Assembly: GCF_006345805.1 (NCBI RefSeq)
Contig: NC_042999.1
Span: forward strand, 170,686,001-170,750,000
DNA: 64,000 nucleotides
Source of the DNA: Octopus sinensis
Taxonomy: Eukaryota
Direction of reading: 5' to 3'
Position numbers and translations under genes: made by a program. Each line of letters begins with the position of its first letter. Positions within the stretch are counted from its first letter, which is position 1. A model generated the notes under the pieces. That model was given only the letters and a program-made list of their open reading frames with translations. It ran no database searches and was not told the origin of the DNA. Shown here one piece after another: positions 27,577-42,047 of the stretch.

Positions 27577-28775
27577 ATACATATACATACTCATGCACAC
27601 ACACACATGTATAACATACGTACGTAAAATTCCTTTAATATGTGGCACTAAAAATTTGAAAAACAAACAAGTAATCATAAACAAATAAAGCAACACATGT
27701 ACACACAGATCGATCGATCCGTCTCTCCATTCACCTATCAATCAATCAAACAATGATTTCAAAGAAAAAGTAATACAATAATATAAAATGGATGAAAGAA
27801 ACAAAGACAATGTTAAGGCGAGAGAAGAGATGAACATGGAAGAGTTCTTTTTGTTTTGAAATAAAACTAATGGTTAGACAACTAAAGAACCTTAGAAAAC
27901 AGAAGTCTCTGGTTTCTCACTATATATACACAATCACACTTACAGGAACACACAATCTCGCACTTAATCAGAATGACACAAACATACAGCATTCAATCTC
28001 ACATATACAAACAGATGCGCATAAAAGTAAAATCGTTCTCTTTTGTTGCTTCTTCTTCATTTTGTGAACATTGTCTTGGTTTTTTTTTTATTCAATAAGA
28101 AAATCTAAAACAGAAAATACGAAACAAGTCTCTAGTAAACCGAAGATAAAAGCAATAAAGCTATCTAACAATATATTTTTATTACACTATATTATATATA
28201 TTTTATATTCCATCTTATTCTATGTTTTATTTGAGACTTCTATATATCTGGCTGATATTTTTTTGTTGATTTTTTTTGTTATGTATTTAATATTTACTCT
28301 TTAATGTTTAGATTTTGCTTGCTTGTGTCTTTGCCTCCTTTTAGTAGCCCAATAAAAGATATGGTACTGATATACCCGTTCAAGCAGAGAGGAAAAAAAG
28401 AGAGAGAGATAGAGATAGCGAGAGAGAGAGAGAGAGAGAAAGAGGAGAGAGAGAGAGACAGAGAGAAACTGACAAACAGACTGACACAGAAAAAAAGAGA
28501 GGTATAGAAGGAAAGAAGAGAGTGAGAGAGTGAGATCATAACTTGCAGAAACTGCATACACATAAAAACTTAAACGCAATAACCCAGAAAAACACTCGGG
28601 AAAATACAGGAATATATAACAATAAAAGCAAATAAATACACACACACACACACACACACAGGAGAAGAAGGGAGAGAGAGAAAAAGAGAGGCGGGGGTGT
28701 AGTACTGAGTGAGTGAAAAGAAAATAAATGGAAAGGGAAACACGATAGTGGTTGTTTGGTGAATATGTATATGCA

Positions 28776-28816
<41 letters not shown>

Positions 28817-28829
28817 ACACCACAACCAC

Positions 28830-28863
<34 letters not shown>

Positions 28864-29265
28864 CCATGCACAAATACACTAATGCATTCATTCTCATGTA
28901 AATTCAATCATTGTAACCTGCAGATGTATCACTCTCTTCTTTATATGTTTGGCATATACGTTTTGATTCTCCGTTATACTTTCATAATACCAACAACTCT
29001 CACAAACACACATATGTGTGGCACATACATATGTGTGTGTTTGGCTATAAGTATGTATATACACCATATATATATTATATATATATATTATATATATATA
29101 TATATAATATATATTAGATATATCTATATATTATATACAATTATGTATTTACGTACATGTAGCTACATATATTATCACATTATAATCATGATTATTATCA
29201 CATGTATGTATATATATATCTATTCATATATATATATATAATATATATATTATATATATATATAT

Positions 29266-29309
<44 letters not shown>

Positions 29310-29579
29310 CATATATATATATACATATACATACATACATGTAATATAATATAATAATATATATATATATATATTATTTATATGCATGTATGTGTATGGA
29401 TATCTATATCTATATTTGTATCAGAGTAAATGCACGTATGCGTATCATTTATTCATATGTTATGATAAGGTGCAAGATTTCGCCTTCGTGAGCAGAAATG
29501 CAATATATTTTGGAAACTTTATCTCAACTTGTATCCATTAGCTATATTAATTTTTTTTTAATCTTTTATCTTTATATTT

Positions 29580-29910
29580 AACTTACCTTCCCATTCCAGA
29601 TCTATTTATTCCATATTCCTACGTTTTGGCATTAGTGCTTGTACGATGTTTCCTTTTGATTTCAGTCGTCGGTTCCTGTACTATCTTTGCTTAGTAGGCG
29701 TCGATAGATTGGTTGTTGAATTTGGTCACGTTTATTCCCATGATTCTAGTTTATGGTCATTTTTTCATGAATGGTCTAAGTCTTTGATGCTGTCATATTA
29801 CTGTTATTTTCCTGAGTAATCTTGATTTATTTTCGCTTTCTGTCTCATAGCTTGCAAGGTTTACTCTGTTATGGCTGTGGTGTAAATTTTCGCCGTCGGG
29901 TGTTGTTCTA
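29580..29910 (-). pseudogene. Old RTE-like LINE 3' remnant
   Basis: Minus-strand translation TAKIYTTAI..TLQAM..RI.G.NVTKF loosely matches the RTE C-terminal K.RIY..TLLY..WED.VTN pattern. Confidence 0.35.
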
Positions 29911-30056
29911 GTTGTTAGTTATAGGTCGACAGTACTAGGCTGTGAACCGTAACTATTATGGTCATCATGCTCTTCTTTCTGGGATAGAAAGTATCCGAAT
30001 ATTGTTAATTTTCCATCATGATCATCACATTTCACCTCCTTGTACTCCTCCTCACC

Positions 30057-30108
<52 letters not shown>

Positions 30109-30659
30109 TGTATATATATTATATATATATATATAATATATATATATATAAGTGTATATATATATATATATATATATATAAGATGGTGAGGAGTACGCAT
30201 CATTATCACCATTACCATCGACATCTTATGACTATTCATGACTTTTACCATTATCATATATTCTTCCGCCTAACCTTGTTCTCTCGTCACATCATTCCTG
30301 GCTATTCTTTGTGTGGTAGTGAACATTATTGTCAGTATCATTTTTAAAGATTTGTTTCTTCATGTTCATCGGCAGGATTGCAATAAACTTTACCGGAAAA
30401 ATCAAAGAAATCTTTAAAGTGCGGTACTATTGAATAAATAGAATACAGACAGAAAGAATATTAAAATTAATGTTTCTCAAACCACCTCTCTCTCCTCTTA
30501 TCACCTTATATACCTATGTTGCAAAGCATTTTGCTTAATGCTGTACTAAAAGCCTTGCGGGTTTTAGTTGAATCATTTTACGTTCTGAATGAAAACAGGT
30601 ATTGGCTTTGGATTCAGTTAATCATATTGATCTACTGACTACAAGTATTCAAATGAAGT

Positions 30660-31100
30660 CAATTCAATCCGCTACATACCTGAAGCAACAACTTCATGTT
30701 GCTGTTTCCGGCCATCAAGGATATCCTCTCTTGTTGCTTGTGTAAGTACTGGCTTGCAAAGCATTGAGTGTTATCCAGCCTGAAGTGGGAGGCGTGTGAG
30801 GATAATGTCATCGAAATGGTGTAGGATGCCACGGAAGTGGAGTTGGTCGGCATCTAAAACGAATGTGAGGCGATGGCAGCGCAAAGGTAAATCTCGTGAA
30901 GTCGGTGGACTTAAAACGTGACACTTGCTGAGATAGGTATGTGAAGTCGAACAACGTGGGACGCTGGCCAGGTGCACCAATTAAACTGCTCAGAGTCTGG
31001 TTCGATCTGTAACTCCACGTGGACTGGAACTGAAACTAGATTACAGCCTGACTCATAACTGGGGTACAAGGAAGCTATCCCTTTAAGGTGAAGATAAAGT
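30660..31100 (-). pseudogene. LINE (RTE-X/Proto2-like) C-terminal remnant
   Basis: GC-richer island; LRCHRLTF...DDIILTRLP resembles RRLRFAGH..SDLLLWRLP. Confidence 0.35.
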
Positions 31101-31764
31101 AGCTAATACATTCATTGTCTCTGCTCCTAAGCCCTCTGGTAGGTGAGTCCAGCATGTGTAGACACCTGCTGAAGATGATCTCGATTTGTATTTCACGCTC
31201 TAACGAAGGTTATATTTTTATTGGAGCTGCATTCTATGGTCAACAAGAGAAAAAAATAGGTGATGGTATCTGTAGTGTCCTCAGCCAATCTCTAATAGGC
31301 AGACAATTAAGTCTGTGGAAATTATACTGTAGCAATATATATATATATATGTTGGAAAATGTGTGAGATACTTGGTATAGTTAGGTATATTTGAAAAAAG
31401 AAAATGAATATCTTCACTAGCATTTCTAATCAGTTTAATTTATTATTTTTTTAATAATATAATCTTTACTTCATACATCTACTAAGTTCTTTGTTTACTT
31501 GGGCGTGGAGAATGTTTTTAAAAGTTCCTTGTCAACTTTTTGGGAGAACTTTCTCGCATTCGTTGTCAAGCAGATCTGAGGATTTGGGGCTTTGTGGTCC
31601 TATATAGGATTTGATTGGGTTTGTTTTTTTTTAATCAGTGTGGGAGTGAAAGTAGTGAATGGTCGATACAATACTTGATTGGGAATGGAATTAAGAGGTG
31701 GTGGGTGTTAAAGAAGTGTTTTGTGAAGCCATTTGAATAGTTGGTCTTTCGTCAGAAACTCAAT

Positions 31765-31919
31765 GACCAGATGTTTTTCCAATTTCTTTCTTTTAGTAAT
31801 TTCTATGTTTCAGATGTGTGTTTGGGGTGGTGGTGTTAATGAGGTGTAAGATACATGTCTTTTGATAAAAATGCTTGTTGATAGAAGTGTTTTCTTATAT
31901 ATATATATATAATATATAT

Positions 31920-31961
<42 letters not shown>

Positions 31962-31972
31962 TTATATATATA

Positions 31973-32037
<65 letters not shown>

Positions 32038-32043
32038 ATATAT

Positions 32044-32081
<38 letters not shown>

Positions 32082-32621
32082 AGGTGCAATGGCCCGTTTT
32101 AGGTCAGTGGACTTGTGGTTGTAGGATCGCCGTTTTGATTCTCAGACCAGACGTTGTGAGTGTTTATTCAGCGAAAACACCTAAAGCTCCACGATCTCCG
32201 GTAGAGGGTGGTGGCGATCCCTGCTGTACTTATTGGCCACAACATTCTCTCACTCTTTCTTCTGTTGGCCTGCTCGCTTAGCCAGCGGGGTGGCGTCATT
32301 TCAAGGCTAAAACAATGCGAAGCGCATTATGACCAGCGATGTGTAGCAACATCTGATAGCCACGGTGATGACGGTGATATATATATATATATATTGGTTT
32401 GGAAGGGGAGGTAGGGAGGTCATGCTAGCTCATATATTTTTTCAGCTAGTACGATCTCTCCCATCTCCCCTCCCAAACCAATATATATAATATAAAACAC
32501 TTCTATCAACAAACATTTTCATCAAAAGACATGTATCTTACACCTCATTAACACCATCACCCCAGATACACCTAAAACATAGAAAATTACTAAAAGAAAA
32601 GATCTGGAAAAACATCTGGTC
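31765..32621. repeat. Nested inverted repeats
   Basis: Outer arms 31765-31893 and 32494-32621; inner arms 32391-32430 and 32444-32484. A (TA)n tract and a SINE lie between. Confidence 0.88.
32080..32372 (+). mobile_element. SINE family B
   Basis: ggaggtgcaatggccc..ttagg..gattctcagaccagacgttgtgagtgtttatt..cgaaaacacctaaagctc matches 16481-16644 and 43789-44160. Confidence 0.85.
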
Positions 32622-33189
32622 CTATGCATGTAGCTGTGTTGAAGTTGGATTATATATATTTTACGTCTACTGTTTTGCTTGTGGCGCTGGGTGTTGCATC
32701 AGCTATATTGTTGTTCAGTTAGAGGCACTTTTATTATTTGAGGTTTTGGTTGTCCTTGCGAGGTTACAACTGTTATAATTTCTGTTCATTTTTGTAAAGT
32801 ACATAGCCTAAAAGTGGTTTGCGTTATAAATAGAGAATAACTTGTTGATGGTCTGATTTTTGTTATTTTTTGTTATCACTGGCAATAAGTTTCTTGATAT
32901 TGCTGTTATTACTCTTAATTTTCTTCATACACTCATAGCTATGGTTCAAAATGTTGTTTCAGTCTCAACGCACGTGGCCACTGCTAAATTCCACCGAAAT
33001 CCTTTTGAGTGAATACCTTTTTTCGAGACAAGTAAAAGGTAGTTGTTATTATGGCGAGAAGGAAAATAGAAATATAAAACTCATTCCATCCTCAAAGACA
33101 GAAGCCTGAATAAAACTGCAGAATGCCCATAACTCAGCATCCTCGTGCAACATCTAATACCTACACTTAATACGGAACGACACTACCAG

Positions 33190-33470
33190 CAAAAGTAACA
33201 ACAGTGCTGGTCGCCTTCCATGCCATGCCGCCATTAATAAAATCATAAAACATGGCCTTGACGCCGCAGGTTTCCCTTCCCAACACTGGCCAGCGGGACT
33301 AGATTGAAGGGACGGTAACAGGCCTGACGGTATGACAATTTCCCATACCCTGCTCACAGATATCAGGGTAAAGATGTTTGTCCGCAAGTATGAGTCCTGT
33401 GAGTCAGAGTGGCGGCTGTTCCAGCGCATCTCCGTCACCATCCTCCGGGACAACGCCTTTTTATTTTGTC
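33190..33470 (+). pseudogene. CRE-clade non-LTR retrotransposon C-terminal (restriction-like endonuclease) remnant
   Basis: GRLPCHAAINKIIKHGLDAAGFPS..GLD*RDGNRPDGMTI...RLFQRISVTILRDNA matches the CRE RH..N..RPDG..QR.S....GNA pattern, with an internal deletion. Confidence 0.75.
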
Positions 33471-33749
33471 TGCTGAGAGCATGAGGCGGTCTGACTTATA
33501 GGAAATTGTACGTCCCGCTCCTTGATGTAAAATTACTCCATACATATATGACGCCAACAGGAAAATATATAATCAGGAAAATGTCTACAGGAAATACATC
33601 AATAAAAACATTATTTTTCTTAATTATATCCGCTCATGAATTTGTATAAGTGAAATTTATCTAGCTCTGATTTATCTATTCTCCTTTATGCAATTCCATA
33701 GCGTCTGTCAAGTTTGGCAGCCTGTCTCATTGTATACAATACATCTTCA

Positions 33750-35420
33750 AATTTCTGTCGGAGCTATTCGCATTTGTCGTACAAGTAGGATGTCACTTAC
33801 CATCCTCTAAATAGCTGCAACACATTTTAATAACCTGAAATTCAATTTTTTTTTCATGATGTAAATACTTTTCCACTATAGTGTTCATCATTGTCTGCAG
33901 AGATTTTAGTTACTTTTTACTGTTGCATGTTTGTTTTGCATTTCATTTCCCTCTTATCGTTCATTTCCCTCTTATCCTTTCATTTCCCTCTTATCGTTCT
34001 GATCTCTCCTTCGCCTAACTCTACTTCTCTAACGCTCAGACGAGTGAAGAGAAACACTTTACTTTTAGGTATTTCTTCTCAATATTGTTCTCATGGTTAT
34101 CGTGTTTTCATTGACATTTTAATATATAACATTCTAAGTTGACAATTGCACCTCTGTATACATCTGCTTAGCTCTTAATATCCCTGCTTGTATTGTCATT
34201 TGATATTAATAATGTTTCATCTCTTAGTTATCTAACAAACACGACATCCTCCGTGAGAATTCTTTGAAAGATTTAATCAAGTAATTCTAGATTTGATTTG
34301 CTGTATTGAATCACACGCATCACATATCCTGCCATTGTATTTACTCTGAAGTTTATGACATTCATTAGATATTCCATTCATTATATCTTGTGGCAATGGA
34401 CTACTCTTATATGTCAAATAATCGTCTGTATGTTGCACCATTCGGCAGGATGTTTGCCTTCAGGTCAGTGCTATTTGTTCTAATTATATGAAGAGCATTA
34501 ATTTTGTAGAAGGCTTGACTCTTGTAAAGGTATATCGTTCTGGTTGTTTCCCAAAGTGCAATTAATGTATCCGTTTGTGCTTTTGCCTTATGTTTAAATA
34601 TTTGTTCGAAACCTAATTCAGCGAACCTTGTTGCTTCCCTGATAATCAATTATACCTTGTAGGATCATTGATAAGAAAATCATGTAGCAGATCCCCTCGT
34701 TAGTTTGAAAGGTAGAAAAGAGTGTGAACAACACGCTTCTTAAAATTAATACCCAATAGTCTTTGGATATTGGATTTACGTACTGTAAGGTGATTTTTCT
34801 AGTATTTCTAATGTTGAAATCTATAGAATTTTAGGTAAGTCACGCCTCTGGGCAATGTTAAGGAATTACATATTAAAGCAGTCATTAAAACTATTTTTAC
34901 ATCGCTTAGTTGTTCTTTTTGCTATTGAAAAGGAATTTTAACCTGTTTTCGACTATGTCAAAACAAACATTTCTCATTCATAAAAATCCAGTTTACCAAG
35001 CTCCTCTATTATCTTCTTTCCATAGAATTATAAATCATCTCCCCGAATTGGCTGTCTTTTTTCTATTTATCATAATGTAAATATTTATCCAGTCCATATG
35101 ATATTTTCATATGCTTTCTCAATACTGAGGAGCCAGGGGAAACTTTTAACATGTAATTTAATATCATCTATGAAGAGAAGATAATGAATGATTCAGGTTC
35201 TTCCATTCTTTATGTCCAAATCTAGGGTAACAAGCGGAAATGATATCAACACTGCACGTACAATCACACAGGTATATATCTCAGGAGATATTTTTGCGTG
35301 ATTTGGGCTTATGATCATGGTGTGGCTTAGTACTGTAAAAAGGTATCTACCAGAAGACGTCGTCATGGATACTTATATCACAAAGTTGGTACTGACAGAC
35401 TATAAATGGTGAAGAGAAAA
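33750..35420 (-). pseudogene. R4/Dong-like LINE RT remnant, heavily decayed
   Basis: Minus strand at ~35155-35195 reads IIHYLLFIDDIKL (cf. INHLLFMDDLKL), preceded by a decayed GIxQGD/LxxxPL-like region. Boundaries approximate. Confidence 0.55.
33941..33997. repeat. 19-bp tandem x3
   Basis: ttcatttccctcttatc(g/c)t repeated three times. Confidence 0.9.
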
Positions 35421-35895
35421 GGCCTGATCCAAATAGAAAATAATCTGTTTGTAACTTTTGTAGGATATTAAAAATTAGAAATACGACAATATAAATAGCA
35501 TTTTCCTTGAATTTAAGTAAGCAATAAAATACAGGCTATAAGTTAACTTTAGCAACGAAAAATGTGTAAGCATAACAGGAAACAGAAACACAATTTCAAA
35601 AGACAAATTTAAAACAAAACCTAAACCTAAAAATAGAAACAAAATTTAAAAATCGGAAGTAAAACAATTGCTTGGTAAATATTCGGGGAAACTAGACAAA
35701 GAGGACGTAAGGAAATAAATATTATAGTCCACAATGGCTATAATAAAAGCGAAGTTTGTTTCTCAGCGGCTCAGGATCAATGGTTAACTTCACCTGAAAA
35801 AAAATATACATCCGTAGATTAACAACACCGATTTTTTTACAATCAAAATAAGAGATAAATGATTGCATCCTTCCTGGCTTTAGTTCTTGTGGGAG

Positions 35896-35928
<33 letters not shown>

Positions 35929-35962
35929 GAATATATATATATATATATATATATACATACAC

Positions 35963-36012
<50 letters not shown>

Positions 36013-36240
36013 ATATTGGACATATTACTACTACTACTAAACTTGGCCATAGAAATGCACGTGACTGCTTTTCACTATTCAATTCTCGCCACAATCTCAC
36101 TATCCTCACACCTTACTTTCTGTTTATAAAGGAAATTGAATGTTTTCCTTTCACTTAAGATACAGGATATCTCGGGCCCTACACAAAAGTTTTTGAAACT
36201 TAGTAACGTAAATATCTATAATACTATTATCAAATATTAT

Positions 36241-36372
36241 GGCAGTTGCTTCCAAACCACATGGTTACAGGTTCAGTCCGACCGCGTGGCAGTTTGGGCA
36301 AGTGTCTTCTACTATAGCCTCGAGCTGACCAAAGCCTTGTGAGTGGATTTCGCAGACGGATACTGAAGCCCA
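36241..36372 (+). mobile_element. SINE family A 5' fragment
   Basis: aaccacatggttacaggttcagtcc..tgggcaagtgtcttctactatagcctcg. Confidence 0.85.
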
Positions 36373-36772
36373 TTATATATATATATATATATATATAGTA
36401 ATCCCTCGCCATATCACGGTTTAATATTTAAGCTTACGTCGATTCCTCTGTAGTGTTGTTTTGAATCTATGATAAAATAAATACATAGAAATTATAAAGG
36501 CAATAAAAAATGTACAGTACTCTTTCTACTTCGCGGATTATGACCTATCGCGGGGTGGGGGTTGGAACGTAACACCCACGAAAGTCGAGGAGGGATTACG
36601 TACATAACAAATAGGAAAGTGGTACAACAATGTACAAATAGTTACTGGAAATATGTATTTATGTATGTATGCTTGTATGTATGTATATATATATGTATGT
36701 ACGTATGTATGTATGTATGTATGTATGTATGTATGTATGTATGTATGTATATATGTATTTATATATGTGTGT

Positions 36773-36890
36773 AAAATACAAAATTGGGACAAGAACGCAA
36801 AACATCCAGATAATTAGGTGATACAAAAAAGGAGCAAAAAAACATCCGGGCAGACGATACAAAGAAAACAAGGACGGGTCATTCGGGAGA
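36773..36890. repeat. Dispersed repeat terminus, second copy 37812-37870
   Basis: caaaa(t/a)tgggacaagaacgcaaaacatccaga.a.tta.gtgat.caaaaa occurs at both sites, each next to a microsatellite. Confidence 0.8.
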
Positions 36891-37460
36891 TTGCTCCAAT
36901 CTGGTCAGCCCCAAGGAAAAACTAAGCTAAGAGCATTAGATTTCTTGACGAAAAGAAAAACGGAGAAATGTTACAGAAATACAAATGCAAATAACAGGAC
37001 ATAACAACAGGTGTCTTTCGACTAAGGACAAGCGCAGGGAGGAATATAGCTATTGCACGGATGGTAGTCTAACCAAGAAAAAAAGGCCAGGCTTGGCCGA
37101 ACACCGGCCACGTGGGAAGAGAAGAGAGAGAGGTAGAGGCAGAAGGACAGAAGAATTAAGGAGGGGCGAGAAAAAATGAAAGGGACACAATGAAGTGAAA
37201 GAGGAGGGAAAGTGAGCTTGAAGAGAAGGCCAGGAATTGTGAGAGAGAGGGAACGAAATAATGAAGAGTGGAATGAACAAAGTATGAAAGGGCTGATAGA
37301 AAGAAGGAAAATGAAAGAATAGAAAGAATAATAAAGCCGAACAAAATTTATATATATATATAATAATAATATTAGGGAGTATAACTCGAAAACTTACAGG
37401 GAAAAATTCAATTTTGTATTGAATCGAATTTCACAATATAAATATATAATATATATAAAC

Positions 37461-37677
37461 TAGAGAAAAACCACTATTATGCAATTCAAACAATGATAGA
37501 CATAAACTAAATCATAAATAAAAAATAAAATATATTTTAAAACATATAACTGGATCTTTTCACTTATTATATATTGTTTATTCATTTTTGTACTTTTTAT
37601 GATCTGGTTATATGTTTAAAAATATATTTGGTTTATGTCTATCATTGTTTGAATTGAATAATAGTGTTTTTTCTCTA
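37461..37677. repeat. Inverted repeat (fold-back)
   Basis: Arms 37461-37556 and 37601-37677 (caattcaaacaatgatagacataaac / gtttatgtctatcattgtttgaattg). Confidence 0.88.
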
Positions 37678-37679
37678 AT

Positions 37680-37731
<52 letters not shown>

Positions 37732-37901
37732 ATATATATATATGTATGTGTGTGTATATATACTTACATATAAGAGACGAAAGTGTACGTACTCCACTAC
37801 ATTTTTATATATAAAAATGCAAAAATGGGACAAGAACGCAAAACATCCAGACAGTTACGTGATGCAAAAATATATGTATGTATAAATATATGTATGTATA
37901 A

Positions 37902-37998
<97 letters not shown>

Positions 37999-38087
37999 AT
38001 ATATTTATATATATATATATATATGTATATATATGTATATATATATGTATGTATATTCAAGTATATAATTATAAAATATAATTATAA

Positions 38088-39201
38088 CTAGCTTAAGGTG
38101 ACCCCTCTACCCGCGGGTGAGGGTGTGGTTGTTACTTTCTGTTGCTTCCTTTCTGTTTCTTATCGCCACATTCTCCCTCTTTGTTACTCTCTCCTTTCTC
38201 ACTCACTTTCCCACTCTCTTACTCTGCCTTTCTCTCGGACTCTCTCTCGCTTTCTCTTACTCTCTATCTTTCTCTATCTATCTCTCTCCCATTTATATAA
38301 AACAAATGATCTTGAGTAAGTTGAGAAAGAAAATATTTTGAAAGCTCAATCATAAATATCAGGCAGTGACAACGGAAAGCACACTTGCCTTTTGTACGTG
38401 CCACTATTTGAGCGATTAAAAATAAGGAAAAAAAGGATTTCTTTGTTAAATTTAGTACTTATTTTGGGAATTTGGTGAAAGCTCTGAACACGGGCTACAT
38501 ACAGCTGTAAATTTCTTTTAGAAAACATGAAAACTGCAAACAAAAAAAATTAAAAGGCAAAAATATGTAAAAATTAGAAATTTTTTTCAACTTCAAAAAT
38601 CTTGCCTTAATTTTCAAAATTTCGAACCTATTTTCCGCGCTTAAATTACAAATCCGCTTCCACTTTACCATGTTGAAAATTTGATTGAAATCGGGCAAAA
38701 GGTGTCCAATCTAGACCCCCAAGTGTCCCCCCAAATCAATAAAACCCCCGATTTCACAGGAAAGCAACCACTGTAGCGCCCCAAAACATCTCCCAATCAA
38801 TTTCTCACCTCAAGTTACCCCCTCCTGGAAATTTTTATCCCCTTCCAGCCCCATTTAGACCCCTTTTTACATAACAATCCGATTTGTATCCACGATCGCC
38901 TTCTTCATTTTATAGATTAGATTAAAGATAACCGCCACTAGCCACTGCAGCCGCCATTATTCAAACAGCGTAACCTGTCTATCCCATAAAACTCAATTTT
39001 TCTCATATTCCTCACCATGGCAACCAAACGGTACTCCCGAGCGACTTGCAACCCTCCTCACACCATTGCCTACCTCATTTTACCCCAGTGTAAATTTTGG
39101 CGTCAATCCGACCCCATGTACCTCCCCTTAAACCGTTCCCATCCCAAAATGAACAAATAACAAAGAAATCAAACAACTTTTTCGCATTTCAGCTTCATAG
39201 A
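38088..39201 (-). mobile_element. Non-autonomous Helitron (~1.1 kb)
   Basis: Minus strand starts A^TC(TATGAAGCTGAAA) at 39201 and ends CTAG^T at 38088, with a GC-rich subterminal hairpin (38101-38124, acccctctacccgcgggtgagggt) ~10 nt from the end. No TSD. Confidence 0.72.
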
Positions 39202-39226
39202 TATTCATTATACACACGCACACACA

Positions 39227-39273
<47 letters not shown>

Positions 39274-39614
39274 CATATATATGTATACACATTATATATA
39301 TATATATATATAATATATATATATATATAAATTAACACAATATATCTGATTAATAATGTGTTATGATTGTGCGGTGGTGGTGGGCGATAATAATTCACTG
39401 TTCTAAAAGTCCAGTGGCGCGAATATTTAAACTTTTGCGGCTGTCAACGCTTTCTCTCTATAGATATAGACAGATGTACAGTGAGAGAGGTGGTGGAGAA
39501 AAGAGTGACAGAGAGATGGCGAAGGCGGAGAGGGAATGTGAGTGGAAGGTGTTAAACGTCGTTATAGAGGGAAGTGGAGGCAAGGAAGGAAAGAGAGAGA
39601 TCGAGGAAGACAGG

Positions 39615-39691
39615 GTACGTAAACATACCAGCATCGGTGACAAAGAAACACAGACACAGACACAGACACACACACACACACATACACACAC

Positions 39692-39752
<61 letters not shown>

Positions 39753-39915
39753 CGACGGGCTTCTTTCAGTTTCCGTCTACCAAATCCCCTCACAAGGCTT
39801 TGGTTGGCCCGAGACTATGGCAGAGGACACTTACTCTAGGTGCCATGCAGTGGGGCTGAACCCGGAATCATGTGGTTGGTAAGCAAGCTCTTTACCACAC
39901 AGCCACTCCTGCGCC
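39615..39915 (-). mobile_element. SINE family A, 5' two-thirds
   Basis: 39751-39915 is near-identical to 20812-20977. Confidence 0.9.
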
Positions 39916-40113
39916 TATACTTACCACACAGCCTTTTATCTTCCTATATCATAAAACATATACCTATCAAACATTTTAAAAGGAGGTAACTAAGCAATAC
40001 CTTATAAGTTCAGTTTGCTTATATTTAAAAGTACAATTTTGATTAAATGACTTGATTTCAAAAGAATGTTCTTGAAAATCTTTGCTTGGGTTTAATATAT
40101 TAAAATAATTTAA

Positions 40114-40309
40114 AGATGCGAGCTGGCAGAATCGTTACCACACCGGGGAAAATGCTTATCAGCATTTCGTGTGTCTTTACGTTCTGAGTTCAAATTCCGC
40201 CGAGGTCGACTTCGCCTTTCATACTTTTGGCGTCGATAAATACCAGTGAAACACTCAGGTCGATGTAATCGACTTACTTCCTACCCAAAATTTCAAGACT
40301 TGTGAAAGG

Positions 40310-40346
<37 letters not shown>
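40114..40346 (+). mobile_element. tRNA-derived SINE family C with (ATT)n tail
   Basis: gcgagctggcagaatcgtta (A-box-like)...gagttcaaattccgccgaggtcgac (B box), followed by an (ATT)n tail. Confidence 0.88.
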
Positions 40347-41769
40347 GCATCATCATCACCTTCGTTATCATCATTCTATATATTTAACTTCGGACATCTT
40401 TCAGATTATTGATTTACTTTTGACAATGGATATTTCAATGTTTCACCAGAAATACTGCAATAGGATAGTTTCCAGTTAACTGTCACAACAGACTATTTCT
40501 AGCTTTACATCAGAGAAATATGATGAGGAGAACGTGAAGAAATAACACAAATATTCAATTTGAGATCTCCTTTCACTTCGTTTGTAGAAAGGAATGATTT
40601 AACAGACACTTTAATGTCTTAGTGCCTTTGCTTGTTTCTTCTTCATGCTTGATGAATCATAAAAGAACCTACGACTTGGAGAGAAAGCAGAATCATGTTC
40701 TCGTTTTGCAATCAATATCGACTGTTGATGTTATTCATTGTCAGATTTCATCTGTGCGATATGTCAGAGAGGAATCTGAACATTGTATTAATAAATAATT
40801 ATTTTCGAACTGATATTTACATCAATATCGTCATCATAATCAACATCATCGTCATTATAAATAACGATGTGTTTATTATGAGGTACTCTAAAGTAAATAT
40901 CTGTATAAGTAAGGGTGAGTTTATAACGAGCTACTCTTAAGTAAATATATCTGCTTCTAGGATGTGTACGCTGTTGTTTTTTACGGGATTTGAAAGATGT
41001 TTGATTTAACTCTCACTTACACTTTTATGGAGATGTGCTGTATCTTATCTTGTATTTTAAATGTTACACTTGTTTGTGTGTGTTATTAGTTTTCATAATA
41101 TTGAGAGATATTATTTCCAGCATCTGCTGTGTAAAATCTGTTACCAAATAGAAAAGTTTTTTTTTACGCATAATGTATTTTTCTTTTGTATAGATTGTAT
41201 GTATCTGAAGAATAGCCTGTTTTCCACCATTCGCAGGTACACGGAGACAGCTGCGACTAACTGGTTTAAGACCTCCCGGGGACAGCTGCAAGGCAACCAC
41301 TACAAAAGAATTTGAAAAGGCGTCCAGGGATAGAATTCTAGAAAGCAGACATTCTATGGAGAAAGGACACCTATTGCATACATGTTTTTGTACGCCCTTG
41401 CTCCTGCTCCTGTCCCACTACCACCACCTACCTGAGTAATACCATCAATTGAGTCAAATTTGGTATCCGAACGTAAGTTTTGTAAGAGGAATAGAAAGGC
41501 CTACCTTTCTATATGAGAGTCAGATTTCTCCTTTCGAAAACATGAACAGTTTCGATACATTGTTTACAAAATAATAGCTGATCAATTGCGAAGGAGCGTG
41601 TCTACGGTCAACACTTAGGATTTTTGCTCGAGTAACTTCTGCTCTCCCCCATGTTCATGCGCGACCAGTAATATGTCGCAATGAGTAGAGTAACGGATTC
41701 AGCTAATTTGGAAATTAGTTGTGGGGAAACGGAGAATATCATTTATATTGTGTATATATATATATATGG

Positions 41770-41810
<41 letters not shown>

Positions 41811-42047
41811 ACACACACACACACACACATACGTACACCTATTGCATACATGTTTTTTGTACGCCTACATGTTCGTGAGTGTGCGTGATTGAAGCCATTC
41901 ACACATCCATCCATCCATCCGACCATCCATCCATCCATCCATCCATCCATACATACATACATACATACATAACAACCCCTCTCTGTCTCTTTTTGTTTGT
42001 CAATCACTCACTAACAAGACGAAATTTAAAACATCTGTTATCTATCG

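Noticed and set aside
41140-41440. Possible minus-strand exon (acceptor-like ttcttttgtag near 41300, donor-like caggtagg near 41430)
   Set aside because: The sites do not bracket a coherent exon and no recognisable protein results; RNA-seq would be needed.
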